In this document: positions 29,303 through 40,720 of the stretch, piece by piece
Layout of the letters: every line of letters begins with the position of its first letter
Position numbering within the stretch: the first letter of the stretch is position 1
Assembly (NCBI RefSeq): GCF_003018115.1
Contig: NZ_CP027457.1
Strand: one strand, 5' to 3'
DNA: 64,000 nt
From: Escherichia coli
Lineage (GTDB): Bacteria > Pseudomonadota > Gammaproteobacteria > Enterobacterales > Enterobacteriaceae
The notes under the pieces: generated by a model
What the model was told of the DNA's origin: nothing
Database searches by the model: none
The model's input: only the letters and a program-made list of their open reading frames with translations
Translations under genes and position numbers: made by a program

Positions 29303-32300
29303 GTGTTCAGATTACCAACACCCCGACTACTCAGCGGACTCAAATCAGCCCTACGCCCGGCGATGCCCCGGTTTAAAGTCTCCGCTTTCTGGCTGCTGAT
29401 ACTGGCGTGGATTTTTCTGCTGGTATGGATCTGGTGGAAAGGCTCGACGTGGACGCTGTATGAAGAACAGTGGCTCAAACCACTGGCGAACCGCTGGCTG
29501 GCAACGGCGGCATGGGGGATTATCGCCCTGGTGTGGCTTACCGTCCGGGTGATGAAGCGCCTGCAACAACTTGAAAAAATGCAAAAGCAGCAGCGCGAGG
29601 AGGCCATTGATCCGCTCAGTGTGGAGCTGAACGCCCAGCAGCGTTACCTTGACCGCTGGCTGCTGCGCCTGCAACGCCATCTCGACAACCGCCGTTTCCT
29701 GTGGCAGTTGCCGTGGTATATGGTCATCGGCCCGGCGGGCAGTGGCAAAACGACACTGCTGGGCGAGGGGTTTCCGTCAGACATTATTTATGCCCCGGAA
29801 GGCGCGCGCGGCACAGAACAACGCCTGTACCTTACGCCCCATGTCGGTAAACAGGCGGTGATCTTTGATATCGACGGCACACTCTGCGCTCCCGCTGATG
29901 CGGATATCCTGCATCGCCGTCTGTGGGAACATGCCCTCGGCTGGCTGAAAGAAAAGCGCGCGCGCCAGCCGCTGAACGGGATTATTCTGACACTCGATTT
30001 ACCCGATCTGCTTACCGCAGACAAACGCCGCCGCGAGCATCTGTTACAGACGCTGCGCAGCCGCTTGCAGGATATACGCCAGCATCTTCACTGCCAGTTA
30101 CCGGTTTACGTGGTACTCACCCGGCTTGATTTATTGCAGGGTTTTGCCGCCCTGTTCCAGTCACTGAACAGACAGGATCGCGATGCGATTCTGGGCGTCA
30201 CGTTCACCCGCCGCGCCCATGAAAATGATGACTGGCGAACAGAGTTGAATGCTTTCTGGCAGACATGGGTGGATCGAATGAACCTAGCGTTGCCGGATCT
30301 GATGGTCGCTCAGACTCACACCCGCGCGTCTTTATTTAGTTTTTCCCGCCAGATGCAGGGAAGCCGTGAACCGCTGGTGTCACTGCTTGAGGGTCTACTT
30401 GATGGCGAAAATATGAACGTGATGCTGCGTGGTGTCTATCTCACCTCTTCGCTTCAGCGTGGACAGATGGATGATATATTCACCCAGTCTGCCGCCCGCC
30501 AGTACCGGCTGGGCAATAACCCACTGGCGTCCTGGCCTCTGGTGGACACCGCGCCTTATTTCACCCGCAGCTTGTTCCCGCAGGCATTACTCGCAGAGCC
30601 TAATCTGGCAACGGAGAGCCGCGCCTGGCTGATGCGTTCCCGTCGCCGCCTGACGGTTTTCTCTACCACAGGAGGCGTGGCGGCACTGCTGCTCATCACC
30701 GGCTGGCATCACTATTACAACGGTAACTATCAGTCCGGCATCACCGTGCTTAAGCAGGCCAAAGCCTTTATGGATGTGCCGCCTCCACAGGGGGAAGATG
30801 ACTACGGCAACCTGCAACTGCCGCTGCTGAACCCGGTACGCGATGCCACACTGGCCTATGGCGACTGGGGCGACCGCAGCCGTCTGGCCGATATGGGACT
30901 GTACCAGGGACGACGTATCGGGCCTTATGTGGAACAGACCTATCTGCAACTGCTGGAGCAACGTTACCTGCCCTCGCTGTTTAACGGGCTGGTTAAAGCG
31001 ATGAATGCCGCGCCGCCGGAGAGTGAAGAAAAACTCGCGGTGCTGCGCGTGATGCGAATGCTGGAGGACAAAAGCGGACGTAACAATGAGGTGGTGAAGC
31101 AGTATATGGCAAAACGCTGGAGCGAAAAGTTCCACGGCCAGCGCGATATCCAGGCACAACTGATGTCCCATCTTGACTACGCGCTGGCTCATACTGACTG
31201 GCACGCAGAGCGTCAGGCGGGCGACGGTGACGCCATCAGCCGCTGGACGCCATATGACAAGCCCGTGGTATCAGCACAGAAAGAACTGAGCAAACTGCCT
31301 GTCTACCAGCGGGTTTACCAGAGCCTGAAAACGCGGGCGCTGGGCGTTCTTCCTGCCGACCTCAATCTGCGTGACCAGGTAGGGCCAACCTTTGACCAGG
31401 TGTTTACATCTGCCGATGACAACAAACTGGTTGTTCCACAGTTTCTTACCCGTTACGGCCTGCAAAGCTATTTTGTAAAACAGCGCGATGAACTGGTTGA
31501 ACTGACGGCGATGGATTCCTGGGTACTTAACCTTACCCGCAGCGTGAAATACAGTGACGCCGACCGCGCGGAAATCCAGCGCCAGCTCACCGAGCAGTAT
31601 ATCAGCGACTACACCGCCACCTGGCGGGCCGGGATGGACAATCTGAATATCCGCAATTTTGAGTCCATCGGACAACTGACCGGGGCGCTGGAGCAGGTTA
31701 TCAGCGGCGACCAGCCTTTGCAGCGGGCGCTGACCGTGCTGCGTGACAACACACAGCCAGGCGTCTTTTCTGAAAAACTCTCTGCCAAAGAACGGGATGA
31801 GGCCCTGGCAGAGCCGGACTACCAGTTACTCACCCGTCTCGGGCATGAGTTCGCCCCGGAAAACAGTACCCTGGCAGTACAGAAAGACAAAGAAAGCACG
31901 ATGCAGGCAGTATATCAGCAACTCACCGAGTTGCACCGCTACCTGCTGGCAATCCAGAACGCGCCTGTACCAGGGAAATCGGCGCTGAAAGCCGTGCAGT
32001 TACGGCTTGATCAGAACAGCAGCGATCCGATATTCGCCACCCGCCAGATGGCAAAAACGCTGCCTGCTCCGCTCAACCGCTGGGTTGGCAGGCTGGCTGA
32101 CCAGGCCTGGCATGTGGTGATGGTGGAGGCCGTTCACTATATGGAAGTGGACTGGCGCGACAGCGTGGTGAAACCGTTTAACGAGCAACTGGCAAATAAC
32201 TATCCGTTTAATCCGCGTTCTGCACAGGATGCCTCACTGGATGCCTTCGAACGCTTCTTTAAACCGGATGGCATACTGGATACCTTCTACCAGCAGAACC

Positions 32301-32827
32301 TGAAGCTGTTTATCGATAATGACCTGAGTCTGGAGGATGGCGATAACAGCGTCATTATTCGCGAAGATATTATTGCGCAACTGGAAACTGCGCAGAAAAT
32401 CCGTGACATCTTCTTCAGCAAACAGAACGGTCTGGGAACATCCTTTGCCGTGGAAACGGTATCGCTTTCAGGCAATAAACGCCGCAGTGTACTGAACCTT
32501 GACGGTCAGTTAGTCGATTACAGCCAGGGCCGTAACTATACCGCCCATCTGGTCTGGCCTAACAACATGCGCGAAGGCAACGAAAGTAAGCTGACGCTCA
32601 TCGGCACCAGCGGCAACGCGCCGCGCAGTATCAGCTTCAGCGGGCCGTGGGCGCAGTTCCGCCTGTTCGGGGCCGGACAACTGACCGGAGTACAGGATGG
32701 CAACTTTACCGTGCGCTTTAGCGTGGACGGTGGCGCGATGACCTACCGTGTGCATACCGACACGGAAGATAACCCGTTCAGCGGTGGGTTGTTCAGCCAG
32801 TTTGGTCTGTCAGACACACTGTACTGA
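29303..32827 (+). CDS. tssM: T6SS membrane-complex protein TssM (IcmF, VasK); start at GTG 29303 or ATG 29363
   Basis: ~1170 aa; N-terminal transmembrane helices; Walker A GPAGSGKTTL. Confidence 0.92.
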   Translation: MFRLPTPRLLSGLKSALRPAMPRFKVSAFWLLILAWIFLLVWIWWKGSTWTLYEEQWLKPLANRWLATAAWGIIALVWLTVRVMKRLQQLEKMQKQQREEAIDPLSVELNAQQRYLDRWLLRLQRHLDNRRFLWQLPWYMVIGPAGSGKTTLLGEGFPSDIIYAPEGARGTEQRLYLTPHVGKQAVIFDIDGTLCAPADADILHRRLWEHALGWLKEKRARQPLNGIILTLDLPDLLTADKRRREHLLQTLRSRLQDIRQHLHCQLPVYVVLTRLDLLQGFAALFQSLNRQDRDAILGVTFTRRAHENDDWRTELNAFWQTWVDRMNLALPDLMVAQTHTRASLFSFSRQMQGSREPLVSLLEGLLDGENMNVMLRGVYLTSSLQRGQMDDIFTQSAARQYRLGNNPLASWPLVDTAPYFTRSLFPQALLAEPNLATESRAWLMRSRRRLTVFSTTGGVAALLLITGWHHYYNGNYQSGITVLKQAKAFMDVPPPQGEDDYGNLQLPLLNPVRDATLAYGDWGDRSRLADMGLYQGRRIGPYVEQTYLQLLEQRYLPSLFNGLVKAMNAAPPESEEKLAVLRVMRMLEDKSGRNNEVVKQYMAKRWSEKFHGQRDIQAQLMSHLDYALAHTDWHAERQAGDGDAISRWTPYDKPVVSAQKELSKLPVYQRVYQSLKTRALGVLPADLNLRDQVGPTFDQVFTSADDNKLVVPQFLTRYGLQSYFVKQRDELVELTAMDSWVLNLTRSVKYSDADRAEIQRQLTEQYISDYTATWRAGMDNLNIRNFESIGQLTGALEQVISGDQPLQRALTVLRDNTQPGVFSEKLSAKERDEALAEPDYQLLTRLGHEFAPENSTLAVQKDKESTMQAVYQQLTELHRYLLAIQNAPVPGKSALKAVQLRLDQNSSDPIFATRQMAKTLPAPLNRWVGRLADQAWHVVMVEAVHYMEVDWRDSVVKPFNEQLANNYPFNPRSAQDASLDAFERFFKPDGILDTFYQQNLKLFIDNDLSLEDGDNSVIIREDIIAQLETAQKIRDIFFSKQNGLGTSFAVETVSLSGNKRRSVLNLDGQLVDYSQGRNYTAHLVWPNNMREGNESKLTLIGTSGNAPRSISFSGPWAQFRLFGAGQLTGVQDGNFTVRFSVDGGAMTYRVHTDTEDNPFSGGLFSQFGLSDTLY

Positions 32828-32837
32828 GGAGGCAGGG

Positions 32838-34187
32838 ATGAATAGTAACGTACTGACACAAACTATCGTTACCGGCAGTGACCCGCGCGGGCTGCCGGAA
32901 TTCAGCGCCATCCGCGAGGAAATAAACAAAGCCAGCCACCCGTCACAGCCTGAGCTGAACTGGAAACTGGTGGAGTCGCTGGCGCTGGCGATTTTTAAAG
33001 CCAACGGTGTGGATTTACACACCGCCACCTACTATACGCTTGCCCGGACACGGACACAGGGACTGGCGGGATTCTGCGAAGGTGCGGAACTGCTGGCGGC
33101 AATGGTAAGCCACGACTGGGATAAGTTCTGGCCGCAGGGCGGCCCGGCGCGTACTGAAATGCTGGACTGGTTTAACTCCCGAACCGGCAATATTCTGCGT
33201 CAGCAAATCTCCTTTGCGGAATCTGATCTGCCGCTGATCTACCGCACAGAGCGGGCATTGCAGCTTATCTGCGACAAGCTTCAGCAGGTAGAGCTGAAGC
33301 GCGTTCCGCGCGTGGAGAATCTGCTCTATTTTATGCAGAACACGCGTAAACGGCTTGAACCCCAGCTGAAGAGTAACACTGAGAACGCCGCACAGACCAC
33401 GGTCAGAACGCTGATTTATGCCCCGGAAACACAGCCATCTTCCACACCAGAAGCGGTAGTGCCTCCCCTGCCCGGCCTGCCTGAGATGAAAGTGGAAGTG
33501 CGCAGTCTGACAGAGAATCCCCCACAGGCCAGTGTGATAAAGCAAGGCAGTACGGTAAGAGGGTTTATCGCAGGGATCGCCTGTTCAGTGGCTGTCGCCT
33601 CAGCATTGTGGTGGTGGCAGGTCTATCCGGTGCAGCAGCAACTGTTACAGGTTAACGACACCGCTCAGGGCGCAGCAACGGTGTGGATGGCCTCACCTGA
33701 ACTCGAAAACTATGAGCGCAGGCTGCAACAACTTCTTGATACCTCCCCGGTACAGCCGCTGGAAACCGGGATGCAGATGATGCGTGTTGCCGACAGTCGC
33801 TGGCCGGAAAGCCTGCAACAGCAACAGGCCTCGACACAATGGAATGAGGCACTCAAAACCCGCGCACAGAATAGCCCGCAGTTGCGTGGCTGGTTGCAGA
33901 CCCGCCAGGACTTACATGCTTTTGCAGATCTAGTGATGCAGCGCGAGAAAGAGGGACTCACCCTTTCCTATATCAAAAATGTCATCTGGCAGGCGGAGCG
34001 GGGACTGGGGCAGGAAACACCCGTTGAGTCTCTGTTGACGCAGTACCAGGATGCCCGTGCGCAGAAGCAGAATACAGATGCGCTGGAAAAACAAATTAAT
34101 GAGCGACTCGAAGGCGTGTTAAGCCGCTGGCTGCTGCTGAATAATAATACGATACCGACGATAAAAAAAGGCATTGAATTTCAATAA
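32838..34187 (+). CDS. ImpA-N domain T6SS accessory protein (VasL-like)
   Basis: ORF 32748..34187; start taken at MNSNVLTQTI (32838, GGAGG upstream); N-terminal region resembles TssA/ImpA_N; internal hydrophobic helix (IAGIACSVAVASALWWW). Confidence 0.65.
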   Translation: MNSNVLTQTIVTGSDPRGLPEFSAIREEINKASHPSQPELNWKLVESLALAIFKANGVDLHTATYYTLARTRTQGLAGFCEGAELLAAMVSHDWDKFWPQGGPARTEMLDWFNSRTGNILRQQISFAESDLPLIYRTERALQLICDKLQQVELKRVPRVENLLYFMQNTRKRLEPQLKSNTENAAQTTVRTLIYAPETQPSSTPEAVVPPLPGLPEMKVEVRSLTENPPQASVIKQGSTVRGFIAGIACSVAVASALWWWQVYPVQQQLLQVNDTAQGAATVWMASPELENYERRLQQLLDTSPVQPLETGMQMMRVADSRWPESLQQQQASTQWNEALKTRAQNSPQLRGWLQTRQDLHAFADLVMQREKEGLTLSYIKNVIWQAERGLGQETPVESLLTQYQDARAQKQNTDALEKQINERLEGVLSRWLLLNNNTIPTIKKGIEFQ

Positions 34188-34213
34188 CATTCATGAATAC
34201 AAAGGAGTTTTAA

Positions 34214-34693
34214 ATGGCGAATTTAATTTATTTAACACTAAATGGTGATAATCAAGGGCTCATTTCAAGTGGTTGTTCATCACAACCATCCATTGGAAAT
34301 AAAGCTCAAACAGCACACATTGATCAAATTATGATTTATGAATTCATGCATGGATTAAATCGAGATCAAAACGTCAACCATCATCATTTGACAATAAAAA
34401 AACCTATAGATAAAGCATCACCCTTATTAGGCAAAGCAATTTGCGACAATGAATTATTGACATGTGATTTTTCCTTTTATCGTACAAATAAATTTGGAAT
34501 TAATGAACTGTACTATAAAATCAAATTAACTGGAGCAAAGATAAGCGACATTCATGTCTCTATATCACATATTGTTGTTGATAACAGCGTTCAACCCGAA
34601 GAGTCAGTTTCTTTCAGTTATGAGTCAATTATATGGGAGCATTGTTCCGCTGGCACTAGTGCATACAGTTTATGGGAAGATCGTCTTTTTTAA
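34214..34693 (+). CDS. Divergent Hcp paralog (159 aa) in the AT-rich terminal module
   Basis: Aligns with the cluster Hcp in several blocks (YLTLNGDNQGLISSG vs YISITGQTQGNITAG; SVSFSYESIIWEHCSAGTSAYSLWED vs EVSLAYRKIEWEHVKSGTSGADDW). Confidence 0.8.
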   Translation: MANLIYLTLNGDNQGLISSGCSSQPSIGNKAQTAHIDQIMIYEFMHGLNRDQNVNHHHLTIKKPIDKASPLLGKAICDNELLTCDFSFYRTNKFGINELYYKIKLTGAKISDIHVSISHIVVDNSVQPEESVSFSYESIIWEHCSAGTSAYSLWEDRLF

Positions 34694-34713
34694 AAACATA
34701 TGGGATTATTATA

Positions 34714-35610
34714 ATGGCTAACAATATTTTACACTCTTCAACATCAGACAGTGAAAGCAAAAATACAAGCACTGACAGTACGTTATTTAATGAAAAATTC
34801 CCATTTCAACTAAGACAAGATTTCGCATCAAGAATAACAGAAGATGAAAGTGATTTTTTTAAATGGAAAAAAATAAGAGAGTTGGCATTTGTGAGCAATC
34901 ATAAAGAATGGAATAAATATGACTTATTAATTTTAAAATCTGTTAATGAAATCAACATTCATTTGTCCAGCACTCCATACTTTCAGCCGTTGGATTGGTA
35001 TATAATAAAAGCCATGCTCTGGACTGAAAACGATGCGAAAAATACTTCTCAGTGGAATGGTTATCCATTACAAATTGGTCGTTTTCGGAAAGATAAAGCG
35101 ATGCCAGCTTTAATCTCTGGAGAAAAATCTACAGCCCTTGTTACCCCACCACAATGGAGAAACAAAGCATTCAATGGGTTAAAAGATCCAGAAAGAAATT
35201 ACTGGGCAAAAGAACAAATAACTGGCTCTCCAGAAGAGAATATCAAAGCAGCAATTACTTACTTAATGATGAAACTTTCTAATACAAAGGAAGAATCAAC
35301 TATCGATCAATATGACTCAACTCTATATAGCGCCATTGTCCAAAAAGGCGATTTGGCTGACAACATCAGAAAAGAGAGAAAAACGACCATACCTAACTTA
35401 ACGAAAAACAATCCTGGAAAAAATCTCGATAAAATACACCCGGGAGATATTTTATATTATCAAAAAGCATCCATGAAAGTAATAATTACTGGATGGAAAC
35501 CTATCACAATAAAAAATGTAGCGATGAATTATAATGGTGGTGGCGATCCCAAGTATGCAATAAAACTTCAGTTCGTTTATACATTACTCACAAAAAACAG
35601 AGTATTATGA
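34714..35610 (+). CDS. Candidate Hcp-associated T6SS effector (298 aa, no Cys, no signal peptide), function unknown
   Basis: Follows the hcp paralog by 21 nt; start taken at MANNILHSS; its stop overlaps the start of the downstream signal-peptide protein (ATGA). Confidence 0.55.
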   Translation: MANNILHSSTSDSESKNTSTDSTLFNEKFPFQLRQDFASRITEDESDFFKWKKIRELAFVSNHKEWNKYDLLILKSVNEINIHLSSTPYFQPLDWYIIKAMLWTENDAKNTSQWNGYPLQIGRFRKDKAMPALISGEKSTALVTPPQWRNKAFNGLKDPERNYWAKEQITGSPEENIKAAITYLMMKLSNTKEESTIDQYDSTLYSAIVQKGDLADNIRKERKTTIPNLTKNNPGKNLDKIHPGDILYYQKASMKVIITGWKPITIKNVAMNYNGGGDPKYAIKLQFVYTLLTKNRVL

Positions 35611-36062
35611 GAATGCGAAAAATAACAATTATTCTATTGCTGACATTCTCATGTACAAAAGGTCTGGCATTTGACATTTCCATGTCTAAAGAATGTAGTG
35701 GTGTTGATGAACTTGAATTTATTGATTGTGTTAAAAACTCATTTATTATGAGCACTATTACACTTAAAAAAGCAGAAGCAAATATAAAAGAGAAAATTCA
35801 AAAATGGAATAGTGATGAGGACGAAGCAATAAGAAAAGAAGCAGTTATTTCTTTAAAAAGACTAGAGTCTTCTAATAGGGAATTTATACGTTACAGATTT
35901 GCTCAATGCTCTTTTACTCTAACCTGGGGGGCCAGAGTAGGGCGACTGGCATTCTCTCGGCTATATCCATGCTATACTGAGTTAAACAAAATAAGAGCCA
36001 TGCAACTAAACAATGCTTACATTTCTGACTTTCAAAATCCAGATGAGATATCCAGCAAATGA
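35607..36062 (+). CDS. Candidate periplasmic immunity protein 1 (151 aa)
   Basis: N-terminal signal peptide (MRMRKITIILLLTFSCTKGLA); 4 Cys in mature part; ATGA coupling to the upstream effector; pattern loosely reminiscent of DUF1311/LprI-like lysozyme-inhibitor proteins. Confidence 0.5.
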   Translation: MRMRKITIILLLTFSCTKGLAFDISMSKECSGVDELEFIDCVKNSFIMSTITLKKAEANIKEKIQKWNSDEDEAIRKEAVISLKRLESSNREFIRYRFAQCSFTLTWGARVGRLAFSRLYPCYTELNKIRAMQLNNAYISDFQNPDEISSK

Positions 36063-36415
36063 TTATTATAAATTTAAGATTAACATTACTATTTATACTG
36101 GCCACATTTACATATTCAGTACAATCAGACGAATTCGATGATCAAACCACTTACACGCAATACCGTTATTTTTCCACTGCTATACCGGAAGATATACGTA
36201 GATTTATGTTCTACGTAGATTATTGCTTTGTAGATTTAGCATTCGATATCGAAACTGACTCAATGACAGCTAAGAATGATATTATTAATGAATGTACTCC
36301 ATTAAAAGAAAGAAACAAGACATTAAAAGAAAAATATAAAAAAAATGAAGAGATAATAGCAATTCTTTCCATTGCAGATGATACTATTTTAATTTATGAA
36401 GAATTAAAAAAATAA
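36059..36415 (+). CDS. Candidate periplasmic immunity protein 2 or paralog (118 aa)
   Basis: Signal peptide (MIIINLRLTLLFILATFTYSVQS); ATGA overlap with the upstream gene; very AT-rich. Confidence 0.45.
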   Translation: MIIINLRLTLLFILATFTYSVQSDEFDDQTTYTQYRYFSTAIPEDIRRFMFYVDYCFVDLAFDIETDSMTAKNDIINECTPLKERNKTLKEKYKKNEEIIAILSIADDTILIYEELKK

Positions 36416-36540
36416 CTCACATGCAATACACTGGTAATATATATTATAACTTTATAAAAACAATCATATTTACATTATAAAAATACTCAACTCCTGTTTG
36501 CTGCCACCCTAAACTACAGGCGGCAGCATAACAATAACGA

Positions 36541-37341
36541 TTACTGGAATCGACTCACCAAGTCTTTCACCATCGATACATATGTTTTTTGTTTCAAATT
36601 AAACAGTTGCGCTTCCGTAACATGGTCATTTGATAGTTCTTTATTGCTCGTTTTTGTTATTCCAGCCGGCGGAAAAATTACTCTCGATTCATAATTCACC
36701 GGCGACCAGGTAGCCCACTCACCTGTTGCCACATCCACCAGCGTGAAACGTACCAGGTAGCGCAGGGAGATAGCGTCAGTGAGTTTTTCATTTTTATAGT
36801 CGGACCATACTGTTGATTTCAGCGCAGAGTCATATTTTCCTGTCTGCAACATATCCTGGTAAACAATAATCGCTTTCTGATGTCCTTTTGCAGCCACAAA
36901 ACGCAGTGCCTGCATCCAGTTCATATTCTCAGCACGGGCAACATCCTCGTTCTCATTTTTATCTTTGTTTTTGTTACAAGTCAGAGGCTTTTGCCTGTCC
37001 GGGATACCAGAGAATGTGGAAACAGTATAATATTTTCGCATCTCCTCCTGCATAATGGTTTCCGGTGCGCGGTTGCCGGATTGAACAAGTATTACAGGAG
37101 AATTAAGGGGAACGCGGAACTCATCTCCATCAAGCGCTGCTTGAATATCCTCTTCGGATACGGCCAGAGTGGTTTCATTACCGAATAAATCTTTGTCTGT
37201 CAGTTGCTGGGGAGTGTTTTTATTCATATTACTTTGTGTGACTTGAGCTTTTTTCTTCTTTTCATCAATAGAAGATTCAGAGGCACATCCTGCAAGCAGC
37301 GAGAATAACACACATATGCAACAAAGCTTTTTTGAATTCAT
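36541..37341 (-). CDS. yafT: Lipoprotein YafT
   Basis: 266-aa ORF with lipobox LLAGC; adjacent to aspV as in K-12. Confidence 0.85.
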   Translation of the reverse strand: MNSKKLCCICVLFSLLAGCASESSIDEKKKKAQVTQSNMNKNTPQQLTDKDLFGNETTLAVSEEDIQAALDGDEFRVPLNSPVILVQSGNRAPETIMQEEMRKYYTVSTFSGIPDRQKPLTCNKNKDKNENEDVARAENMNWMQALRFVAAKGHQKAIIVYQDMLQTGKYDSALKSTVWSDYKNEKLTDAISLRYLVRFTLVDVATGEWATWSPVNYESRVIFPPAGITKTSNKELSNDHVTEAQLFNLKQKTYVSMVKDLVSRFQ

Positions 37342-37603
37342 AATTGGACACTCCCTCGCCTGTCATAATGATTAGAATATTTAGCATTGATAACGGACTC
37401 TAATTATATACCCCACTTAAATAATAACAAACAAAATCAATTTGAAATATACATTCATTTAATCAATATAAATTTATTCTCTGGAAATATATTTAAGCTG
37501 AATGGTTCGATATCATTATTGAATTTTAATGAATGAGACAACAAGCGAGAATCACGCACTTACGCCAGAGTAAAATCATTGAACAGAGAAATGGTGGAAT
37601 TCA

Positions 37604-37640
37604 AATACAAAAAAACCGCAAAATTAAAAATCTTGCGGTT
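37604..37640 (-). terminator. Intrinsic terminator downstream of aspV
   Basis: ACCGCA/TGCGGT stem with T-run on the minus strand just 3' of the tRNA. Confidence 0.6.
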
Positions 37641-37668
37641 CTCTGAACTCATTTTCATGAGTGAATAG

Positions 37669-37745
37669 TGGCGGAACGGACGGGACTCGAACCCGCGACC
37701 CCCTGCGTGACAGGCAGGTATTCTAACCGACTGAACTACCGCTCC
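37669..37745 (-). tRNA. aspV: tRNA-Asp (GTC)
   Basis: Reverse complement reads GGAGCGGTAGTTCAGTCGGTTAGAATACCTGCCTGTCACGCAGGGGGTCGCGGGTTCGAGTCCCGTCCGTTCCGCCA. Confidence 0.97.
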
Positions 37746-37877
37746 GCGTTGTGTTCCGTTGGGAACGAGGCGAATATTACGGATTGCCTCACCCTTCGTC
37801 AACGGTTTTTCTCATCTTTTGAATCATTTGCTGCAAAAATCGCCCAAGTCGCTATTTTTAGCGCCTTTTACATGTAT

Positions 37878-38609
37878 TTATGCCCGCCAGAGGCAGCTTC
37901 CGCCCTTTTTCTGCACCAGATCGAGACGGGCTTCATGTGCTGCAAGCTCTTCATCTGTTGCAAAAACAACGCGTAACTTACTTGCCTGACGTACAAGGCG
38001 CTGGATTGTTGCTTCACCTTGTTGCTGTTGTGTCTCTCCTTCCATCGCAAAAGCCATCGACGTTTGACCACCGGTCATCGCCAGATAAACTTCCGCAAGG
38101 ATCTGGGCATCGAGTAATGCCCCGTGCAGCGTTCGTTTACTGTTATCTATTTCGTAGCGAGCACATAACGCATCGAGGCTGTTGCGCTTACCGGGAAACA
38201 TTTTCCTCGCCACCGCAAGGCTATCGGTGACCTTACAGAAGGTATTGGTCTTCGGAATATCGCGCTTAAGCAACGAAAACTCGTAGTCCATAAAGCCGAT
38301 ATCGAACGCTGCGTTATGGATCACCAACTCCGCGCCGCGGATATAGTCCATGAACTCATCGGCTACTTCGGCAAACGTGGGCTTATCGAGCAAAAATTCA
38401 TCGGCAATACCATGTACGCCAAAGGCTTCCGGATCCACCAGCCGATCGGGTTTGAGATAAACATGGAAGTTATTGCCCGTCAGGCGACGGTTCACCACTT
38501 CAACGGCACCAATCTCAATGATCTTGTGGCCTTCATAGTGCGCACCAATCTGGTTCATACCGGTGGTTTCGGTATCGAGAACGATCTGGCGTGTAATTGC
38601 AGTGCTCAT
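37878..38609 (-). CDS. dnaQ: DNA polymerase III epsilon subunit (3'-5' proofreading exonuclease)
   Basis: ORF 37878..38618; start taken at [18 protein letters not shown] (243 aa); exonuclease motifs. Confidence 0.95.
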
Positions 38610-38673
38610 AGCGGTCATTTATGTCAGACTTGTCGTTTTACAGTTCGATTCAATTACAGGAAGTCTACCAGAG

Positions 38674-39141
38674 ATGCTTAAACAGGTAGAAATTTTCACC
38701 GATGGTTCGTGTCTGGGTAATCCTGGACCTGGGGGTTACGGCGCTATTTTACGCTATCGCGGACGCGAGAAAACCTTTAGCGCAGGCTACACCCGCACCA
38801 CCAACAACCGTATGGAGTTGATGGCCGCTATTGTCGCGCTGGAGGCGTTAAAAGAACATTGCGAAGTCATTTTGAGTACCGACAGCCAGTATGTCCGCCA
38901 GGGTATCACCCAGTGGATCCATAACTGGAAAAAACGTGGCTGGAAAACAGCAGACAAAAAACCAGTAAAAAATGTCGATCTCTGGCAACGTCTTGATGCT
39001 GCATTGGGGCAGCATCAAATCAAATGGGAATGGGTTAAAGGCCATGCCGGACACCCGGAAAACGAACGCTGTGATGAACTGGCTCGTGCCGCGGCGATGA
39101 ATCCCACACTGGAAGATACGGGCTACCAAGTCGAAGTTTAA
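38674..39141 (+). CDS. rnhA: Ribonuclease HI
   Basis: ORF 38563..39141; start at [23 protein letters not shown] (155 aa); divergent from dnaQ. Confidence 0.95.
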
Positions 39142-39860
39142 GCCTGTGGTTTACGACATTGCCGGGTGGCTCCAACCGCCTGGCGAATTCGTGGCTTGTT
39201 TTTACTCGGTTTCATCGGGTTTAGCGTTAAAGGAATAGTCCGTTTCCGGGCAACAATAAGTTGTAAGCAACCAAGCGCAGGAATATGCGCATTCAATAGT
39301 TTTCCTCCGTGTTTGTTCCACGGGAGAACATGGAAACGGCTGGCGTGCAGCACTTCAAAATTCAACAAAGAGAGCCAGTCCAGTTGCCGCATCAGAGTAA
39401 ACATCCGGCTGTTATAGGGCGAGGTTTTTCGCAATACCGGCACAAGTTTGCGTAATCCCATTAAACTAATGGGATTGAAGCCACTAATCACCAGCCAGCC
39501 ATCATCAATCAATACCCGATCGGCTTCACGCAATAAACGATGCGGATCGGTGCACCACGGCAATGTATGTGCCAATAGACAAACATCAACGGATTTATCG
39601 GCAAAAGGAAGATGAAGTGGGTCCGCCTGCACCTGGACAGGCATTCCTTGCGCAGAAACATTCACTTGATGAGAAACCGCGCACGCTTCGCAATTGATTT
39701 CTGCGCTTAAATTGCCAATCTTAAGCAGATGAAAACCATACATTTTAGTGAACCACGGGTTGAGCTGGCGCTCCAGCGCCTTGCGATAAAGCTCTCCCCA
39801 GGGCAAATCGCCCCAGCAATCAGGAGCCACGACAGTTTGAGGGACTCTTGCCGGTTTCAT
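39138..39860 (-). CDS. yafS: SAM-dependent methyltransferase YafS
   Basis: ORF 39138..39878; start taken at [10 protein letters not shown] (240 aa). Confidence 0.85.
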
Positions 39861-39890
39861 CACAACCTTCCGTTTCACACTGAGAGGTAA

Positions 39891-40649
<759 letters not shown>

Positions 40650-40720
40650 TAAAACTTTCTTGTCATCGGCTTCGTTCGCCGTTATGATCGGTCGTCTTTT
40701 AAGCAACTATTGACACACAC

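Noticed and set aside
36416-36540. Possible stem-loop (GCTGCC...GGCAGC) between the second immunity candidate and yafT
   Set aside because: The loop is long (~15 nt) and there is no clear U-tract on either strand; too weak to call a terminator without folding energy calculations.
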